From Planctomycetota bacterium (lineage in GTDB: Bacteria; Planctomycetota; B15-G4; JADJEK01), in the NCBI GenBank assembly GCA_044225365.1, contig JBGAIQ010000001.1:374465-438464 (forward strand): a DNA stretch of 64,000 bases, given 5' to 3'. Both the position numbers and the translations under genes were made by a program. Shown here piece after piece: positions 60,716-64,000 of the stretch. The notes beneath the pieces are model-generated. The model searched no databases. It was not told the DNA's origin and saw only the letters and a program-made list of their open reading frames with translations. How positions within the stretch are numbered: the stretch's first letter is position 1; each line of letters opens with the position of its first letter.

Positions 60716-62368
60716 CTACTTGCCGCCGGGCTTCGAATCCGGAACGAACGGCGGATGGACGTCGGAATCGTCGGGCTCCGTTTCGTCCTCCTCGGGAACC
60801 GCGATCGGCGCGCCGGTCAGATACCCCGACTCCTTCAGCGCCGCGAGCACCGACGGCGGAGTCGGCGAGACCTGCGCGTTTCCATCCACCGGCATCAGTT
60901 TCAGGATCTTCCCGAGCTGATCGCGGATGCGCCAGCCCTCTTGCTGCATGCGCTTCAGGATCTCGGGTTTCGACTTCGTGAGATTCACCGATTCGTTCGG
61001 CGCATCCGGATCGGCGACGCGATAGAGCTGTGACTTGTACTTCTTCAGCGGCTTGTCGGAGAACCCATTCGGCGGGGTGAACGGCTTCTTGCGGATCTCG
61101 ATGAGCTTGTGGTCGAGCTTGCCGAACGCCTCGTGATGGTAGTAGTACTCGGGGTCGTTCGAGTTGGCTCCGACGGGGGGAACGAGCGACAGCTCCGCGA
61201 TGAGCGGCAGTTCCTTCAGCGAATTCGGTACGTCGCCGCCGACGAGGAACGGCTTCAGCGATTCGCCGAAGCACTCGACGTCGTTCGTCTCGATTCCGAC
61301 GAGATCGCAGATCGTGGGTGCGATGTCGAAGATCCGGGTTTGATACGGGATCGTCACGTTCTTGCGGATGCCGGGGCCGGCGAAGAGGAGCGGGATGTGG
61401 AGCGTCTCGCGATTCAGGTTGTGGCGGTGGCCCTTGTTCTTGTGCTCGAAGAACTCCTCGCCGTGATCGGCGGTGACGACGACGATCGTGTCGTCCGTGA
61501 GATTCAGGCGATCGAGTTCGGCGAAGAGGTGACCGAGATTGTCGTCGACCCAGTTGATCTCGGCGTCGTAGTTCGCGAGGACCCACTGGAAGTCCTCGTT
61601 CGCCATGTGGTCGTTGATCTCGTCGTTCTCGATGAAGTTCTTCATGGAGATCTTGCCGTGGTAGTTCGGCGCGAACTTCTTCACGTAGGGCTCGGGAGCG
61701 TTGTAGTCGTTGTGCGCGTCCCAGTGCTGTAGGAAGAGGAAGAACGGCTTGTCGGGATCACGGTGCTCGAGGAAGTCGATCGCCTTCGTCGTGAGCTTCT
61801 TCGCGGTCACCCAGCGATGCGATTGGTCCTCCGTGATCCGGACCTGCTGGATGTTCTGACGAGCGGGTGCGGTGTCGTAGCACATCGCGACGTTGTCGAA
61901 CGGCTCGTAACGCTCGAAGCCGCGGTCGAACCCGAAATGACGGTGCAGGTACGGCCCGCCGAAGAAACCGCACGTCTGGTAACCGGCGTCCCTGAGTCGC
62001 TGCGCGAGCATCTTCCGATTCGGATCGACTGGCGAAAGATCCCAGCGCACACCATGCAGCTGATCGGGCAGCCCGGTCATGAGCGACATGTGCGCGGGCA
62101 GCGTCCACGACGAGCTCGAATGCGTCTCCGCGAAGCGCACGCCGCGCGCCGCCAGCGCGTCGAGATTCGGTGTCGTCTTCTCACCCGTCGGCGTCTGGTA
62201 GCCGTAGCTCGACAGGTGATCGGCACGCGTCGTGTCCATCGAGACGAGGATCACGTTGTATCGCTTCGGAGTTCGATGGAGGAACCAGTACGCCGTCCCT
62301 GCGATCGCGAAGACCGCAAAGACGGCGATTTCGATGGTTCCGACGCGGCCGCGACGGTTCTTCTGCAT
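60716..62368 (-). CDS. Sulfatase-like protein (alkaline phosphatase superfamily)
   Basis: NVILVSMDTTRADHL, TPNLDALA, SSWTLPAHMSLMTG, PFFLFLQHWDAH, YDAEI, TADHGEEF, DIAPTI. Confidence 0.92.
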   Translation of the reverse strand: MQKNRRGRVGTIEIAVFAVFAIAGTAYWFLHRTPKRYNVILVSMDTTRADHLSSYGYQTPTGEKTTPNLDALAARGVRFAETHSSSSWTLPAHMSLMTGLPDQLHGVRWDLSPVDPNRKMLAQRLRDAGYQTCGFFGGPYLHRHFGFDRGFERYEPFDNVAMCYDTAPARQNIQQVRITEDQSHRWVTAKKLTTKAIDFLEHRDPDKPFFLFLQHWDAHNDYNAPEPYVKKFAPNYHGKISMKNFIENDEINDHMANEDFQWVLANYDAEINWVDDNLGHLFAELDRLNLTDDTIVVVTADHGEEFFEHKNKGHRHNLNRETLHIPLLFAGPGIRKNVTIPYQTRIFDIAPTICDLVGIETNDVECFGESLKPFLVGGDVPNSLKELPLIAELSLVPPVGANSNDPEYYYHHEAFGKLDHKLIEIRKKPFTPPNGFSDKPLKKYKSQLYRVADPDAPNESVNLTKSKPEILKRMQQEGWRIRDQLGKILKLMPVDGNAQVSPTPPSVLAALKESGYLTGAPIAVPEEDETEPDDSDVHPPFVPDSKPGGK

Positions 62369-62593
62369 TCGGTCCTGCTCAGCTCGGCTTCGTCACCCCG
62401 CCAGTGAACACGATCGTTGGCTGATCTGCGTGGGTCGTGTCCGCCGACACGAGGATGACGGTGGATCGTTTCGGGGTGCGGTGGAACCAGTATGCCGTCC
62501 CTGCGATCGCGATGACCGCAAAGACGGCAATTTGCATGTTTCGAGCGTGGCCGCGACGGTTCTTCTGCATTCGGTCCTGCTCAGCTCGGCTTC
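62347..62593. repeat. Direct repeat (202-bp period) with a 45-bp identical core and diverged flanks
   Basis: GGCCGCGACGGTTCTTCTGCATTCGGTCCTGCTCAGCTCGGCTTC at 62347-62391 and 62549-62593; similarity extends over about 62218-62417 vs 62422-62619. Confidence 0.92.
62379..62570 (-). pseudogene. Chimeric 63-aa mini-ORF: sulfatase N-terminus fused to DUF1573-protein C-terminus (remnant or small membrane protein)
   Basis: MQKNRRG..IAVFAVIAIAGTAYWFHRTPKRSTVILVSADTT matches the sulfatase start; TIVFTGGVTKPS matches TIDFNGWVKKPS of the upstream gene. Confidence 0.7.
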
Positions 62594-63777
62594 TTCACCC
62601 AACCGTTGAAGTCGATCGTCTTGCCCTTCAGGTCGGGGTGATCGGCGTTGAACTTGAGTGTACCTCGGAAGAACCGGGCGGTCAGATCCTTCAGCGTCGT
62701 GACCTTCACCTTGTAGCTGACGCCGGCCTCGATCGTCTCCATCTCGACCTTGAGCGAAGACTTGTACTGGCTGTCCACCTCGACGTCCTTCAGCACGTAT
62801 GGAATCGCGGGATTGCCGTTCTTGATGAGGATCTCCTTCGTCACCTCGGTGCCCGCCGTGAGGACGCCGAAGTCGAGGCGCTCCTTGCTGATCGAATTGC
62901 CGGTGTCGAACGTGACCTCGGATCGGACCTGCGCGTAGACCTGGATCGGGATCGTCGCGAGCTTCGCGTTGTTCGTCTGCGCCTTGAGATCGGCCGTCAC
63001 GTAGCCCGTGGGGGCCTTGTCGGTGAGTGTGATGTCGACCTTCAGTGCGGGCGTGCCATCGGGAGCCGTGCCCTTCTCCCAAGTGGCCTCGATGTAGTCC
63101 GGCTTGTCGAGGAAGCCCGTGATCGTCACATCCTCGACCTTCAGCAGCTTGATGTACGTCGTCTGCTTCGAGGCCGCGCCCCGCGTCACTTCACCGAACT
63201 GAACCGGATTCGGCTCGACCGACACGACCTTCTGGATGTCGATGTGCATCGTGAGCTGGAGCGCCGGCTGCTTGTTGTCCGACGAGATCACGACGATCGT
63301 CTTCTCGAGCTTGTGCGGCGGCTGCCCCGTCGAGTTGAAGTCGGTCTGGACTTCGCAGGTCTCTCCGGGCTTCAAGGTGCAGAGGGTCGTGCCTTCCACC
63401 TGGGTCTTCGGGTCGTGGAGCACGCCGTCCGAAGTCTTCACGTGGGCGATCGTGCACCCGCAGGTCGGATTCACGCGGAAGATCTGGAGGTCCGCCTTGC
63501 CGCGATTGCCGACGATGAAGACGTGCTTCTTGATCTCGCCCTGGATGATCTCGCCGAGGTCGGCGTCCTTCTCCGGGGAGTAGATCTCGGGTGCGTCGCC
63601 CGCGGGCGCGGCCGGAGGGGTCTGCGGCGTCGGCTGCTGCGCCCCAGGCGCGGTGGCCGGCGTGGCCGGCGCCGGCTTCGCCGGATCCTGGGCGACGGCG
63701 AGCGGCAGGCCGAGGAGGCTGGCGGCGACGAGGGCAGGGACGAATCGAGGCGCGGACGAGGAAGAAGCGCGATGCAT
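62581..63777 (-). CDS. Exported DUF1573 (Ig-like) domain protein
   Basis: Signal peptide, Pro/Ala linker, DLGEI..HVFIVGNRGKADLQIFRVNPTCGCT..LKPGET, followed by further Ig-like repeats. Confidence 0.88.
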   Translation of the reverse strand: MHRASSSSAPRFVPALVAASLLGLPLAVAQDPAKPAPATPATAPGAQQPTPQTPPAAPAGDAPEIYSPEKDADLGEIIQGEIKKHVFIVGNRGKADLQIFRVNPTCGCTIAHVKTSDGVLHDPKTQVEGTTLCTLKPGETCEVQTDFNSTGQPPHKLEKTIVVISSDNKQPALQLTMHIDIQKVVSVEPNPVQFGEVTRGAASKQTTYIKLLKVEDVTITGFLDKPDYIEATWEKGTAPDGTPALKVDITLTDKAPTGYVTADLKAQTNNAKLATIPIQVYAQVRSEVTFDTGNSISKERLDFGVLTAGTEVTKEILIKNGNPAIPYVLKDVEVDSQYKSSLKVEMETIEAGVSYKVKVTTLKDLTARFFRGTLKFNADHPDLKGKTIDFNGWVKKPS

Positions 63778-64000
63778 GGAGGTCACCTTCGAGGGACTTC
63801 GTGTTGGAGTTCGATCCGGCTTCCCGAGCTGGGAGAACCGGCCATCCTCACGACGAAACTCGCCATCTGTCAAAGAGTTTGCGGTGCAGGGTCAAGTTTT
63901 GGACACGACGAAGTCGATATCGGCTTGTCGCGGGCCCCGTAATCGACTTATCCTATACGTCCCCGACATCCGAAAGTTCGTTCTTCCGAAATCCAGGAGC

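Noticed and set aside
62215-62646. Template/variable repeat pair of a diversity-generating retroelement
   Set aside because: Differences are not adenine-specific, many are synonymous, and no reverse transcriptase is present in the window.

Overview
High-GC bacterial chromosomal window, most likely an uncultured Planctomycetota lineage (inferred from the pilB-pilT-pilB-pilC cluster followed by an HTH-TM protein, the MoxR-DUF58-BatA-VWA-TPR operon, and DUF1573/sulfatase genes). It carries housekeeping genes (rplM, rpsI, yebC-like, ppdK, rsmA, dnaG, rpoD, sppA), a small glycosyltransferase cluster, a Fur/PerR-family regulator, a Ski2-like helicase, a type IV pilus/T2SS ATPase cluster, a large MoxR/VWA operon and a DUF1573-sulfatase-SGNH operon. 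I found no tRNA, rRNA, CRISPR array or transposase. The main unexplained signals are: (1) a secreted protein whose apparent TGA stop (40786-40788, Cys-TGA) is followed by 56 more in-frame, GC3-rich codons and a SECIS-like hairpin, i.e. a candidate selenoprotein directly upstream of the MoxR/VWA operon; (2) a candidate three-hairpin sRNA under tandem Fur-box-like operators, divergent from the fur-family gene; (3) a structured leader in front of a Cys/His micro-protein; (4) a chimeric 63-aa mini-ORF made from a diverged duplication of a gene junction. All calls come from reading the sequence by eye; no database searches or folding programs were run.
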